Source: Pseudomonadota bacterium (GTDB taxonomy: Bacteria; Pseudomonadota; Gammaproteobacteria; Burkholderiales; Burkholderiaceae_C). From it: a DNA stretch of 64,000 nucleotides. The translations under genes were made by a program, and so were the position numbers. The notes under the pieces were generated by a model, which was given only the letters and a program-made list of their open reading frames with translations, did not search any database and was not told where the DNA came from. This document shows, piece after piece, positions 37,157-45,175 of the stretch (positions within the stretch are counted from its first letter, which is position 1; every line of letters starts with the position of its first letter). The stretch covers positions 1,473-65,472 of the forward strand of contig JAZJYT010000029.1 in NCBI GenBank assembly GCA_040390235.1. Reading direction: 5' to 3'.

Positions 37157-38086
37157 ATGCAGATTCTCGAACCCCAGCTCAAAACCGTTTCCTGTCCCGG
37201 CGCCGCCGGTGCGCTCCCGGGGCAGGAAGCTGCCGGCCCCGGCCACCGCATGGCGTACTGGGAGTGGAACGGCACCGGCGATGCGGCGCACCCGCACGTC
37301 ATCCTCTGTGTGCACGGCCTGACGCGGCAGGGCCGCGACTTCGACGTGCTGGCGCGCCGGCTGTGCACCCGGGCGCGGGTCATCTGCCCCGACGTGGCCG
37401 GCCGTGGCCGCAGCGACTGGCTGCAGGACGCGCAGGCCTATGGTGTGCCTACCTATGCGGCCGACATGCTGGCGCTGCTGGCGCAGGTGCAGGCCGAGGC
37501 GCCCATCACCACACTCGACTGGGTCGGCACCAGCATGGGCGGGCTGATCGGCCTGGCGGTCGCCGGCCAGCCGGGGCTGCCGCTGCCGGTGCCCCTGCGC
37601 AAGCTGGTGCTCAACGACGTGGGTCCGGCCCTCGAATGGTCGGCGCTGGAACGTATCGGCACCTATGTCGGGCGTGCCCTGCATTTCAATTCGGTGGACG
37701 AGGCGGCGCAGGCCCTGTGGCTGGTGTCGCAAAGTTTCGGGCCGCACAGCCCCGCGGAATGGCGTGCGCTGACCGAGCCCATGCTGCGGCCCGACGGCGC
37801 AGGCTGGCAACTGCACTACGACCCGGCCATCGGCATCCCGTTCCGCGAGATGACACCCGAGGGCACGGCCCGGTCCGAGGCCGTGCTGTGGGCGCTGTAC
37901 GACGCCATCCGCGCCGAGACCCTGCTGCTGCGCGGGGCCGAGTCGGACCTGCTGTCGCGGGCCTCCGCCCTGGCCATGGGGCAGCGGGGGCCACAGGCAC
38001 GGCTGGTCGAGTTCGCGGGCGTGGGCCATGCGCCCACCCTGGTGGCGCCGGCGCAGAGCGGGGTCGTTGCCGACTTCCTGGCATGA
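37157..38086 (+). CDS. alpha/beta-fold hydrolase
   Basis: 309 aa: ...VILCVHGLTRQGRDFD..., a nucleophile-elbow-like WVGTSMGGLIG, and a C-terminal GVGHAP. Its stop overlaps the relA start (ATGA). Confidence 0.75.
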   Translation: MQILEPQLKTVSCPGAAGALPGQEAAGPGHRMAYWEWNGTGDAAHPHVILCVHGLTRQGRDFDVLARRLCTRARVICPDVAGRGRSDWLQDAQAYGVPTYAADMLALLAQVQAEAPITTLDWVGTSMGGLIGLAVAGQPGLPLPVPLRKLVLNDVGPALEWSALERIGTYVGRALHFNSVDEAAQALWLVSQSFGPHSPAEWRALTEPMLRPDGAGWQLHYDPAIGIPFREMTPEGTARSEAVLWALYDAIRAETLLLRGAESDLLSRASALAMGQRGPQARLVEFAGVGHAPTLVAPAQSGVVADFLA

Positions 38087-40299
38087 AGACGAATGCCGCC
38101 GCCCCCGGGGTGGCCGCGCCGGCCGATGCTGTCGCGGACGTGGTCCTCGCCACCGCCAACGCGCTGCCCGAGCAGGCCGATGCGCTGCTGCGCGCCCGTG
38201 CCTTTGCCGAACCGCTGATCGCCGGCGAAACGCTGGACTCCGGCCAGAACACCCTGGCCCATGCCGATGCGGTGTCGGCCATGCTGCGCACCATCGGCGG
38301 CTCCGACGCCATGCGTGCGGCCAACTACCTGGTGCATGCCTGCAGCCACCTGGCGCGCCCGCAGGAGTCCATCGCCAAGGCCTTCGGTGCCGAGTACGCC
38401 GGCCTGGCGGTGGAAACCAGCCGCCTGATCCGGGTGCAGCTCCAGGCCCGTGGCGCCGACAGCGGCGCCCACCTGGTGGACGACGCGGCTGCGCAGACCG
38501 AGAAGGTGCGCAAGATGCTGCTGGCCTTCTCGCGTGACCTGCGGGTGGTGCTGCTGCGCCTGGCCTCGCGGCTGGAGACGCTGCGCTACAGCGCGGCGGC
38601 GAAAAAGCCGGTGCCGCCCAGCCTGGCGCACGAGTCGCTGCACGTGTTCGCACCGCTGGCCAACCGGCTGGGCATCTGGCAGATCAAGTGGGAGATGGAA
38701 GACCTGGCCTTCCGTTTCCTGGAGCCCGACACCTACCGCGAGGTGGCCCGCCTGCTGGACGAAAAGCGCACCGAGCGCGAGCTGTCCATGGAGCAGCTGC
38801 GCGCCGGGCTGGAGGGCGAACTGCGCGGCCTGGGCATAGCTGCCACGGTGCAGGGCCGGCCCAAACACATCTACAGCATCGTGCGCAAGATGCGCGGCAA
38901 GGGCCTGGGCTTCGACCAGGTGTTCGATATCCGCGCGCTGCGGGTCGTCGTGCCCACGGTCAAGGACTGTTACGAGGCCCTGAGCTGGGTGCACGAGCAC
39001 TTCCAGCCCATGGTGGAGGAGTTCGACGACTACATCGCCAAACCCAAGGCCAACGGCTACCAGTCGCTGCACACCATCGTGCGCAACGAGGCCGGCAAGC
39101 CCATCGAGATCCAGATCCGCACCCAGGCCATGCACGACCACGCCGAGCACGGCGTGGCGGCCCACTGGGCCTACAAGGAAGCGGGGCAGAAGGGTTATGC
39201 GGGGGTTACCGCCAGCAGCGACTACGACGCCAAGATCGCCGTGCTGCGCCAGCTGCTGGCCTGGGAGCGCGACCTCTCGGGCGAGCAGCAGGGCAAGGGC
39301 CTGTTCGAAGACCGCATCTACGTGCTGACGCCCGACGCCGCCGTGGTGGAGCTGCCGCAGGGCGCCACCGCGGTCGACTTCGCCTACACCGTGCACACCA
39401 GCGTGGGCCACCGCTGCCGCGGCGCCCGGGTCGATGGCGCCATGGTCTCGCTTAACACCCCGCTGCAGAACGGCCAGACGGTGGAGATCACCGTGGCCAA
39501 GGAGGGTGGCCCGTCGCGCGACTGGCTCAACGCCGAGCTGGGCTACCTCACCAGCAACCGCGCCAAGGCCAAGGTGCGCGCCTGGTTCAACGCCCAGGCC
39601 AACCACGAGAACATTGCGCGTGGCCGCGAGTCGGTCGAAAAGCTGCTGCAGCGCGAAGGCCGCACCGCCATGAAGCTCGACGACCTGGCGTCGCAGCTGG
39701 GCTTCAAGGGGTCGGACGACCTGTTCGAGGCGGTGGGCAAGGACGAGTACTCGCTGCGCAACATCGAGACCCTGCTCAAGCCGCCGGAACCCCTGCCCAC
39801 GGCCGACGACCTGGTGCTGAAAAAGTCACGCAACAACGACCAGACCCCCAAGGGCGGTGTGCTGGTGGTGGGGCTCGATTCGTTGATGACGCAGCTGGCC
39901 AAATGCTGCAAACCCGCGCCACCCGATGCCATCCGCGGTTTTGTCACCCGCGGGAAAGGCGTTAGCGTGCACCGCGCCGACTGCAGCAACTTCCGCGAGA
40001 TGGCGGCACGTTCGTCGGAGCGGGTCATCGAGGTGGAGTGGGGCCAGCCCAAGGTCGGCGCCGATGCGGTCTACCCGGTGGACGTGACCATCGAGGCGGC
40101 CGACCGCCAGGGCCTGCTGCGCGACATCTCCGACATCTTCACCCGCGAGAAGACCAACGTCATCGGTGTGCAAACCCAGAGCGTCAAGGGCACGGCCTGG
40201 ATGACCTTCACCGTGGAAGTGGGCGATTCGGGCCGGCTCGGCAAGGTGCTGGGCATCGTGGCGGGTGTGGCCGGCGTGCGCTGGGCGCGGCGGCGCTGA
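38083..40299 (+). CDS. relA: GTP pyrophosphokinase ((p)ppGpp synthetase I)
   Basis: About 738 aa from ATG 38083. The synthetase core is ...GRPKHIYSIVRKMRGKGLGFDQVFDIRALRVVV...DYIAKPKANGYQSLHT. TGS (IYVLTPDAAVVELPQGATAVDFAY) and ACT-like C-terminal domains follow. The N-terminal pseudo-hydrolase lacks a clear HD motif, so I call it relA rather than spoT. Confidence 0.85.
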   Translation: MKTNAAAPGVAAPADAVADVVLATANALPEQADALLRARAFAEPLIAGETLDSGQNTLAHADAVSAMLRTIGGSDAMRAANYLVHACSHLARPQESIAKAFGAEYAGLAVETSRLIRVQLQARGADSGAHLVDDAAAQTEKVRKMLLAFSRDLRVVLLRLASRLETLRYSAAAKKPVPPSLAHESLHVFAPLANRLGIWQIKWEMEDLAFRFLEPDTYREVARLLDEKRTERELSMEQLRAGLEGELRGLGIAATVQGRPKHIYSIVRKMRGKGLGFDQVFDIRALRVVVPTVKDCYEALSWVHEHFQPMVEEFDDYIAKPKANGYQSLHTIVRNEAGKPIEIQIRTQAMHDHAEHGVAAHWAYKEAGQKGYAGVTASSDYDAKIAVLRQLLAWERDLSGEQQGKGLFEDRIYVLTPDAAVVELPQGATAVDFAYTVHTSVGHRCRGARVDGAMVSLNTPLQNGQTVEITVAKEGGPSRDWLNAELGYLTSNRAKAKVRAWFNAQANHENIARGRESVEKLLQREGRTAMKLDDLASQLGFKGSDDLFEAVGKDEYSLRNIETLLKPPEPLPTADDLVLKKSRNNDQTPKGGVLVVGLDSLMTQLAKCCKPAPPDAIRGFVTRGKGVSVHRADCSNFREMAARSSERVIEVEWGQPKVGADAVYPVDVTIEAADRQGLLRDISDIFTREKTNVIGVQTQSVKGTAWMTFTVEVGDSGRLGKVLGIVAGVAGVRWARRR

Positions 40300-40312
40300 G
40301 GGTGCTGCCACC

Positions 40313-40630
40313 ATGACCATGGCCGACGAAACCACCATCCCCACACTCGAACTGCTGCGGCTCGCCTTCCGCCACGGCACGCGTTTCCTGCGGGCCGACG
40401 GCGTGGGCGGCTACCAGCCCTTCAAGGCCGGCGAACGCCAGGCCTTCCGCGACGGGATGGGGACGCCCGGCTTCCTGAGCGCCTTCGCCCTGGTCACCGA
40501 CGACTACGGCGCCTCGCGCTGGGAGGCCACGCCGGCGGATGGCCCGCACGTCAAATTCAATTCGCTGTCGGTCGCCGAACTCCGGGCGCAGCTCGCCAAG
40601 GCGCTGCCGGGCAGGCCTGCCCAAAAATAG
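40313..40630 (+). CDS. hypothetical protein (about 105 aa)
   Basis: ATG 40313 lies 14 nt after the relA stop. Third positions are GC-rich. The sequence is MTMADETTIPTLELLRLAFRHGTRFLRADGVGGYQPFKAGERQAF... I recognise no motif. Confidence 0.5.
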   Translation: MTMADETTIPTLELLRLAFRHGTRFLRADGVGGYQPFKAGERQAFRDGMGTPGFLSAFALVTDDYGASRWEATPADGPHVKFNSLSVAELRAQLAKALPGRPAQK

Positions 40631-40648
40631 TGGTAGACTAGCGGGCTT

Positions 40649-40723
40649 GGGCGGTTAGCTCAGCGGTAGAGCATCTCTTTGACGTGGAGAGGGTCGGGTG
40701 TTCGACACACCCACCGCCCACCA
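40649..40723 (+). tRNA. tRNA-Val (anticodon GAC)
   Basis: Manual cloverleaf: acceptor GGGCGGT/ACCGCCC, D-arm GCTC-AGCGGTA-GAGC, anticodon arm TCTCT-TTGACGT-GGAGA, T-arm GGGTG-TTCGACA-CACCC, and an encoded CCA. Confidence 0.9.
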
Positions 40724-40747
40724 AGACAAACGTCAGTTCAAAATCAA

Positions 40748-40783
40748 TGGTCCGTCCCCGGTAGGGGCCGGACCATTTTTTTT
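40748..40783 (+). terminator. rho-independent terminator after tRNA-Val
   Basis: tggtccgtcccc-ggta-ggggccggacca followed by tttttttt. Confidence 0.8.
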
Positions 40784-40824
40784 CGCCAAGGCTTTTCAAG
40801 GCTTTTGCCAGAGGGCACGACACC

Positions 40825-41724
40825 ATGCAGATAGCGGTACTGGGCGCGGGCGCCGTCGGTTGTTTCTACGGCGGCATGCTGGCCCGCGCCGGCCATGCGG
40901 TCACCCTCATCGGCCGGCCGCAGCACGTCGAGGCCCTGCGGCGCGACGGCCTGCTGCTGGAGGCCAAGGCGTTCACCGAATACGTGCCGGTGCAGGCCAG
41001 CACCGAGCCCGCGGCGGTGGAGGGCGCGGACGTGGTGCTGTTCTGCGTCAAGTCGGCCGACACCGAGGCTGCAGGCCGCGGCATCGCCCCGTACCTGCGG
41101 GCCGGCGCCACCGTGCTGTGCCTGCAGAACGGGGTGGACAACGCCGAGCGCCTGCAGGCCGTGCTGCCCGCCCCTGTGGCCGTGGTGCCTGCGGTGGTCT
41201 ACGTGGCCACCGAGATGGCCGGGCCGGGCCATGTGAAGCACCATGGCCGGGGTGAATTGGTCATCGGCATCTCGCCGGCCAGCGCCGCCATCCAGCAGGC
41301 TTTCGCCGCGGCCGGCGTGCCGGTGGAGATTTCCGGCAACGCCATCGGCGCCCTGTGGGCCAAACTCATCCTCAACTGCGCCTACAACGCCCTGTCGGCC
41401 ATCACCCGCCAGCCGTATGGCCAACTGGTGCAGGGGGAGGGCGTGGCGGAGGTGATGCACGACGTGGTGGCCGAATGCCTGACCGTGGCCGCTGCGGCCG
41501 GCGTCACCGTGCCGGGCGACATCGGCGAGGCGGTGCGCAACATCGCCCGCAGCATGCCCACCCAGTTGTCGTCCACCGCGCAGGATTTGATGCGCGGCAA
41601 GCGCAGCGAGATCGATTTCCTCAACGGGTTTGTGGCACGCAAGGGCTCGGAACTGGGTGTTGCGACCCCGGCGAACCGGGTGCTGCATACGGTGGTGCGG
41701 TTGCTGGAGTCGGGCGCGGCGTAG
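40825..41724 (+). CDS. panE: 2-dehydropantoate 2-reductase
   Basis: 299 aa: MQIAVLGAGAVGCFYGGMLARAGHAVTLIGR (Rossmann fold) ...SSTAQDLMRGKRSEIDFLNG.. (ApbA/PanE C-terminal motif). Confidence 0.8.
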   Translation: MQIAVLGAGAVGCFYGGMLARAGHAVTLIGRPQHVEALRRDGLLLEAKAFTEYVPVQASTEPAAVEGADVVLFCVKSADTEAAGRGIAPYLRAGATVLCLQNGVDNAERLQAVLPAPVAVVPAVVYVATEMAGPGHVKHHGRGELVIGISPASAAIQQAFAAAGVPVEISGNAIGALWAKLILNCAYNALSAITRQPYGQLVQGEGVAEVMHDVVAECLTVAAAAGVTVPGDIGEAVRNIARSMPTQLSSTAQDLMRGKRSEIDFLNGFVARKGSELGVATPANRVLHTVVRLLESGAA

Positions 41725-41785
41725 ACCTGTGGCCTAATACTGGGTTTCCCTTTTCCAACCAACCGCATTTTTCCAGGAGCACTCC

Positions 41786-41953
41786 ATGGGCAACAAGATC
41801 ACGACCGAAGCCGACCGCAAGGCCACCCCCCCGCTGCAGGTGCTGCCGGGCTTTTCGCCGCTGAAGTCGGGCATCGGCCAGCGCCGCAGCCTCGAGCGTG
41901 GTTCGGCCACCCGCAGCAAGAAGAACCCCGGCAAGCGCCCGCACCAGGGTTGA
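41786..41953 (+). CDS. unlisted small basic protein (55 aa)
   Basis: ATG 41786 is preceded by AGGAG 7 nt upstream. It encodes MGNKITTEADRKATPPLQVLPGFSPLKSGIGQRRSLERGSATRSKKNPGKRPHQG. 50 of 55 codons end in G/C, matching host coding bias. A GC-rich hairpin with a T-run follows (cggcccgc...gcgggccgtgctgtttt). It is below the ORF-track length cut-off. Confidence 0.5.
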   Translation: MGNKITTEADRKATPPLQVLPGFSPLKSGIGQRRSLERGSATRSKKNPGKRPHQG

Positions 41954-42109
41954 GCCGCGGCCGCCCGCCAGGGCGGCAGGCCCGGCCTTTGGCTGGACCG
42001 TAACGGCCCGCACGGCTCCCCGCCGCGGCGGGCCGTGCTGTTTTCGGGCCATCTCCTGCGGCGGCAGGGGTTTTCTCGGACACGCGGCATCCGCCGCTTG
42101 CCTAAAATG

Positions 42110-42124
42110 TGTTGCAGTGCAACA
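42110..42124. promoter_or_regulatory. palindromic candidate PhaR operator
   Basis: TGTTGCAGTGCAACA is a perfect 7-1-7 palindrome about 35 nt upstream of the proposed phaR start. PhaR proteins are known to autoregulate. The assignment is an inference. Confidence 0.3.
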
Positions 42125-42157
42125 GTTCCGCTGTACGTACCGACCGAGGAGCCTCCA

Positions 42158-42706
42158 TTGCAAAACGGCAAGACTGCCGCTGGCGCCACCGCCGCCAACA
42201 CCGCCCAGCGTGTCATCAAGAAGTACCCCAACCGGCGCCTCTACGACACCACCACCTCGACCTACATCACCCTCACCGAGGTGAAGCAGCTGGTGATGGG
42301 CGGCCAGCCTTTTGTGGTGCGTGACGCCAAGAGCAACGAGGACCTGACGCGCAGCATCCTGCTGCAGATCATCCTGGAAGAAGAGGCCGGTGGCGCGCCC
42401 ATGTTCAGCGAGGCGGTGCTGGCCAACATCATCCGTTTCTACGGCCATGCCATGCAGGGTTTTGTCGGCACCTACCTGGAGAAGAACGTGCAGGCCTTCA
42501 CCGACATCCAGGGCAAGCTGACCGAGCAGTCCAAGACACTCACACCCGAGATGTGGACCCAGTTCATGGGCACCCAGTCGCCGATGATGGCCGGCATCAT
42601 GGGCACCTACGCCGAGCAGTCCAAGAGCGCCTTCCAGCAGATGCAGGAGCAGATGCAGAAGCAGACCGAGCAGATGCTCGGGGCTTTCGGCATCAAAAGA
42701 CCCTGA
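42158..42706 (+). CDS. phaR: polyhydroxyalkanoate synthesis repressor
   Basis: ...VIKKYPNRRLYDTTTSTYITLTEVKQLVMGGQPFVVRDAKSNEDLTRSILLQIILEEE.., the canonical PhaR N-terminus. I propose the TTG start at 42158, preceded by GAGGAG. The exact start is uncertain; the track ORF begins at 42035. Confidence 0.8.
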   Translation: MQNGKTAAGATAANTAQRVIKKYPNRRLYDTTTSTYITLTEVKQLVMGGQPFVVRDAKSNEDLTRSILLQIILEEEAGGAPMFSEAVLANIIRFYGHAMQGFVGTYLEKNVQAFTDIQGKLTEQSKTLTPEMWTQFMGTQSPMMAGIMGTYAEQSKSAFQQMQEQMQKQTEQMLGAFGIKRP

Positions 42707-42782
42707 GGTTCCAGGCTCCGGGCGGCGGCCGAATACCCGGTAAGTCCCGCGCCGCGGCCGGGAAAGGGGACAATACGGGGAT

Positions 42783-44198
42783 ATGAGTGAAGTTCTATCC
42801 CCCCCGCCGGCAGCCGCGGCGCCGGTTTCGGCCGCACCGCGTGTCGGTTTCGTCAGCCTGGGCTGCCCCAAGGCGCTGACGGATTCCGAGTTGATCCTGA
42901 CGCAGCTGAGCGCCGAGGGCTACCAGACGTCCAAGACTTTTCACGGCGCCGACCTGGTCATCGTCAACACCTGCGGTTTCATCGACGACGCGGTCCGCGA
43001 AAGCCTGGACACCATCGGCGAGGCCCTGGCCGAGAACGGCCGGGTCATCGTCACCGGCTGCCTGGGCGCGCGGGCCGGCGAGGGCGGCGGCAACATGGTG
43101 CGCGAGATGCACCCCAGCGTGCTGGCGGTGACCGGCCCGCACGCCACGCAGGAGGTCATGGATGCAGTGCACCTGAACCTGCCCAAGCCGCACGACCCCT
43201 TCATCGACCTGGTGCCCAATGCCTTCGGCTCGGCCGGCATCAAGCTCACGCCCCGGCACTACGCCTACCTGAAGATCAGCGAGGGCTGCAACCACCGCTG
43301 CACCTTCTGCATCATCCCCTCCATGCGTGGCGACCTGGTGTCGCGGCCCATCGGCGACGTGCTGAAGGAGGCGCGCGCGCTGTTCGAGGGCGGGGTGAAG
43401 GAACTGCTGGTGATCAGCCAGGACACCTCGGCCTACGGCGTGGACGTGAAGTACCGCACGGGCTTCTACGACGGCCGGCCGGTCAAGACCCGCATGCTCG
43501 ACCTGGTGCAGGCGCTGGGCGAGATGGCACAGCCCTTCGGCGCCTGGGTGCGGCTGCACTACGTGTACCCCTACCCGAGCGTGGACGACGTGGTGCCGCT
43601 GATGGCCCAGGGCCTGGCGCTGCCCTACCTGGACGTGCCCTTCCAGCACAGCCACCCCGACGTGCTGCGCCGCATGAAACGCCCGGCCAGCGGCGAGAAG
43701 AACCTGGAGCGCATCGAGCGCTGGCGCGCGGCCTGCCCCGAGATCGTCATCCGCAGCACCTTCATCGCCGGTTTCCCGGGCGAGACGGAAGAAGAATTCC
43801 AGCACCTGCTGGACTTCGTGCGCGAAGCCGAGATCGACCGCGCCGGCTGTTTTGCCTACAGCGCGGTGTCCGGCGCGGTGGCCAACGACATTCCCGGCAT
43901 GCTGCCGCTGGAACTGCGCGAAGAACGCCGTGCACGTTTCATGGCGGTGGCAGAAGAGGTGTCGGCCGCCAAGCTGCAGCGCCGTGTGGGCAAGAGCATG
44001 CAGGTGCTGGTCGACTCCGCCCCCGCCCTGGGCCGCAAGGGCGGGGTAGGGCGCACCTATGCCGACGCGCCGGAGATCGACGGTACCGTGAAGCTGCTGC
44101 CGCCCGAGAAGATCAGCAAGACGCTGAAGGTGGGCGAATTCACCCGCGCGCGTATCGTCGCGACCGACGGCCACGACCTGGTCGCCGTGCCGATGTGA
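42783..44198 (+). CDS. rimO: ribosomal protein S12 methylthiotransferase
   Basis: 471 aa. The UPF0004 domain has [16 protein letters not shown], the radical-SAM cluster motif is [13 protein letters not shown], and there is a C-terminal TRAM domain. Confidence 0.9.
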   Translation: MSEVLSPPPAAAAPVSAAPRVGFVSLGCPKALTDSELILTQLSAEGYQTSKTFHGADLVIVNTCGFIDDAVRESLDTIGEALAENGRVIVTGCLGARAGEGGGNMVREMHPSVLAVTGPHATQEVMDAVHLNLPKPHDPFIDLVPNAFGSAGIKLTPRHYAYLKISEGCNHRCTFCIIPSMRGDLVSRPIGDVLKEARALFEGGVKELLVISQDTSAYGVDVKYRTGFYDGRPVKTRMLDLVQALGEMAQPFGAWVRLHYVYPYPSVDDVVPLMAQGLALPYLDVPFQHSHPDVLRRMKRPASGEKNLERIERWRAACPEIVIRSTFIAGFPGETEEEFQHLLDFVREAEIDRAGCFAYSAVSGAVANDIPGMLPLELREERRARFMAVAEEVSAAKLQRRVGKSMQVLVDSAPALGRKGGVGRTYADAPEIDGTVKLLPPEKISKTLKVGEFTRARIVATDGHDLVAVPM

Positions 44199-44797
44199 CC
44201 ATGGCCATGGCCCCGCGCCCGGCCGGCTTGCCGGTGGCGGGGTGGGCGCGGCGTGCACTGGCCGGTCGCTGCCTGCTGCCGGTGGCGCTGCTGCTGGGCG
44301 CACATCAGCTGCCGGCCGCCGCCGCGGCGCCTCCGCCGGCCATGCCGCCGGCACTCACCCGGGCGGTCGATGCACTCATCGGCGTGATGTCGGACGGTTA
44401 TGCAAAAGCCGGGCGGCCGCGCCTGCTGCAGACTGTGCAACTGGGCGGCCAGGATTACCTGGAGGCCGACCGCTACACGCTGGTGTCGTTCACGCTGGAG
44501 TTCCTGGACCAGGGCAACGACTACAACCAGTACCTGGCCGTCTTCACGCCCGCTGCCCAGCCCGAAGGCGCCCCGGCGCGCTACCGGCTGGTCAATACAC
44601 TGGCCATTGGCGGCATGCACTGGCGGGAGGTGGATGTGGCGCAGCTCCGGTACACACCGGGGCGGCTGGAGTTTCCGGCGATGGAGTTCCGCGAAAGCGA
44701 CGCGCTGTGCTGCCGCAGCAAAGCGTCCAGGGCGATCTTTTCACTCAACCGGCTGGGCCTGCGGGAAACCGGCCCAACCGGCGGTCCGTTGCGCTGA
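44195..44797 (+). CDS. hypothetical exported protein
   Basis: 200-aa ORF whose GTG start overlaps the rimO stop (alternative ATG at 44201). It has a signal-like segment [20 protein letters not shown] and host-like codon bias. I recognise no family. Confidence 0.5.
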   Translation: MTMAMAPRPAGLPVAGWARRALAGRCLLPVALLLGAHQLPAAAAAPPPAMPPALTRAVDALIGVMSDGYAKAGRPRLLQTVQLGGQDYLEADRYTLVSFTLEFLDQGNDYNQYLAVFTPAAQPEGAPARYRLVNTLAIGGMHWREVDVAQLRYTPGRLEFPAMEFRESDALCCRSKASRAIFSLNRLGLRETGPTGGPLR

Positions 44798-45000
44798 GCC
44801 GAGGGCCTGCCAGCCCTGGTCGGGGCGCTGGCCGCGGCACGCGTTGCCGCATAGGTCACCGCATAGGTCACAATGGGGCCGGGGCGCCGTCCTGGCGCGC
44901 CGTTTCCTGTGCCACTTTTCTCGGAGACGCAAGCTGTTCCTCTTTTCAGAGTCGGTATTCGACGCCACGGCGGCGTCCGTGCCTTTGTCTTCGTCCGCAC

Positions 45001-45038
45001 AAACAAAAACCCCCTGCAGACCAATGATCTGCAGGGGG
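45001..45038 (-). terminator. rho-independent terminator downstream of tRNA-Leu
   Basis: The 11-bp stem ccccctgcaga/tctgcaggggg is followed on the minus strand by tttttgtttg. Confidence 0.75.
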
Positions 45039-45056
45039 TTTGCATCCAAGAATTCT

Positions 45057-45141
<85 letters not shown>

Positions 45142-45175
45142 ATTTCAGGAAAAACACGAGTATATACCGAAAAAC

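Noticed and set aside
36673-38082. The N-terminal 470 codons of the 1208-aa ORF that ends as relA.
   Set aside because: This stretch is antisense to bdhA and out of frame with the alpha/beta hydrolase. The real relA start is the ATG at 38083, overlapping the hydrolase stop. The upstream translation is Arg/Ala/Pro-rich nonsense.
44848-44871. A perfect 12-bp tandem duplication (cgcataggtcac x2). A similar one, cacggcaacagt x2, lies at 60641-60664 between dxr and rseP.
   Set aside because: Each has only two units and no spacers, so neither is a CRISPR array or a minisatellite. Both are most simply explained as slippage duplications in intergenic DNA.
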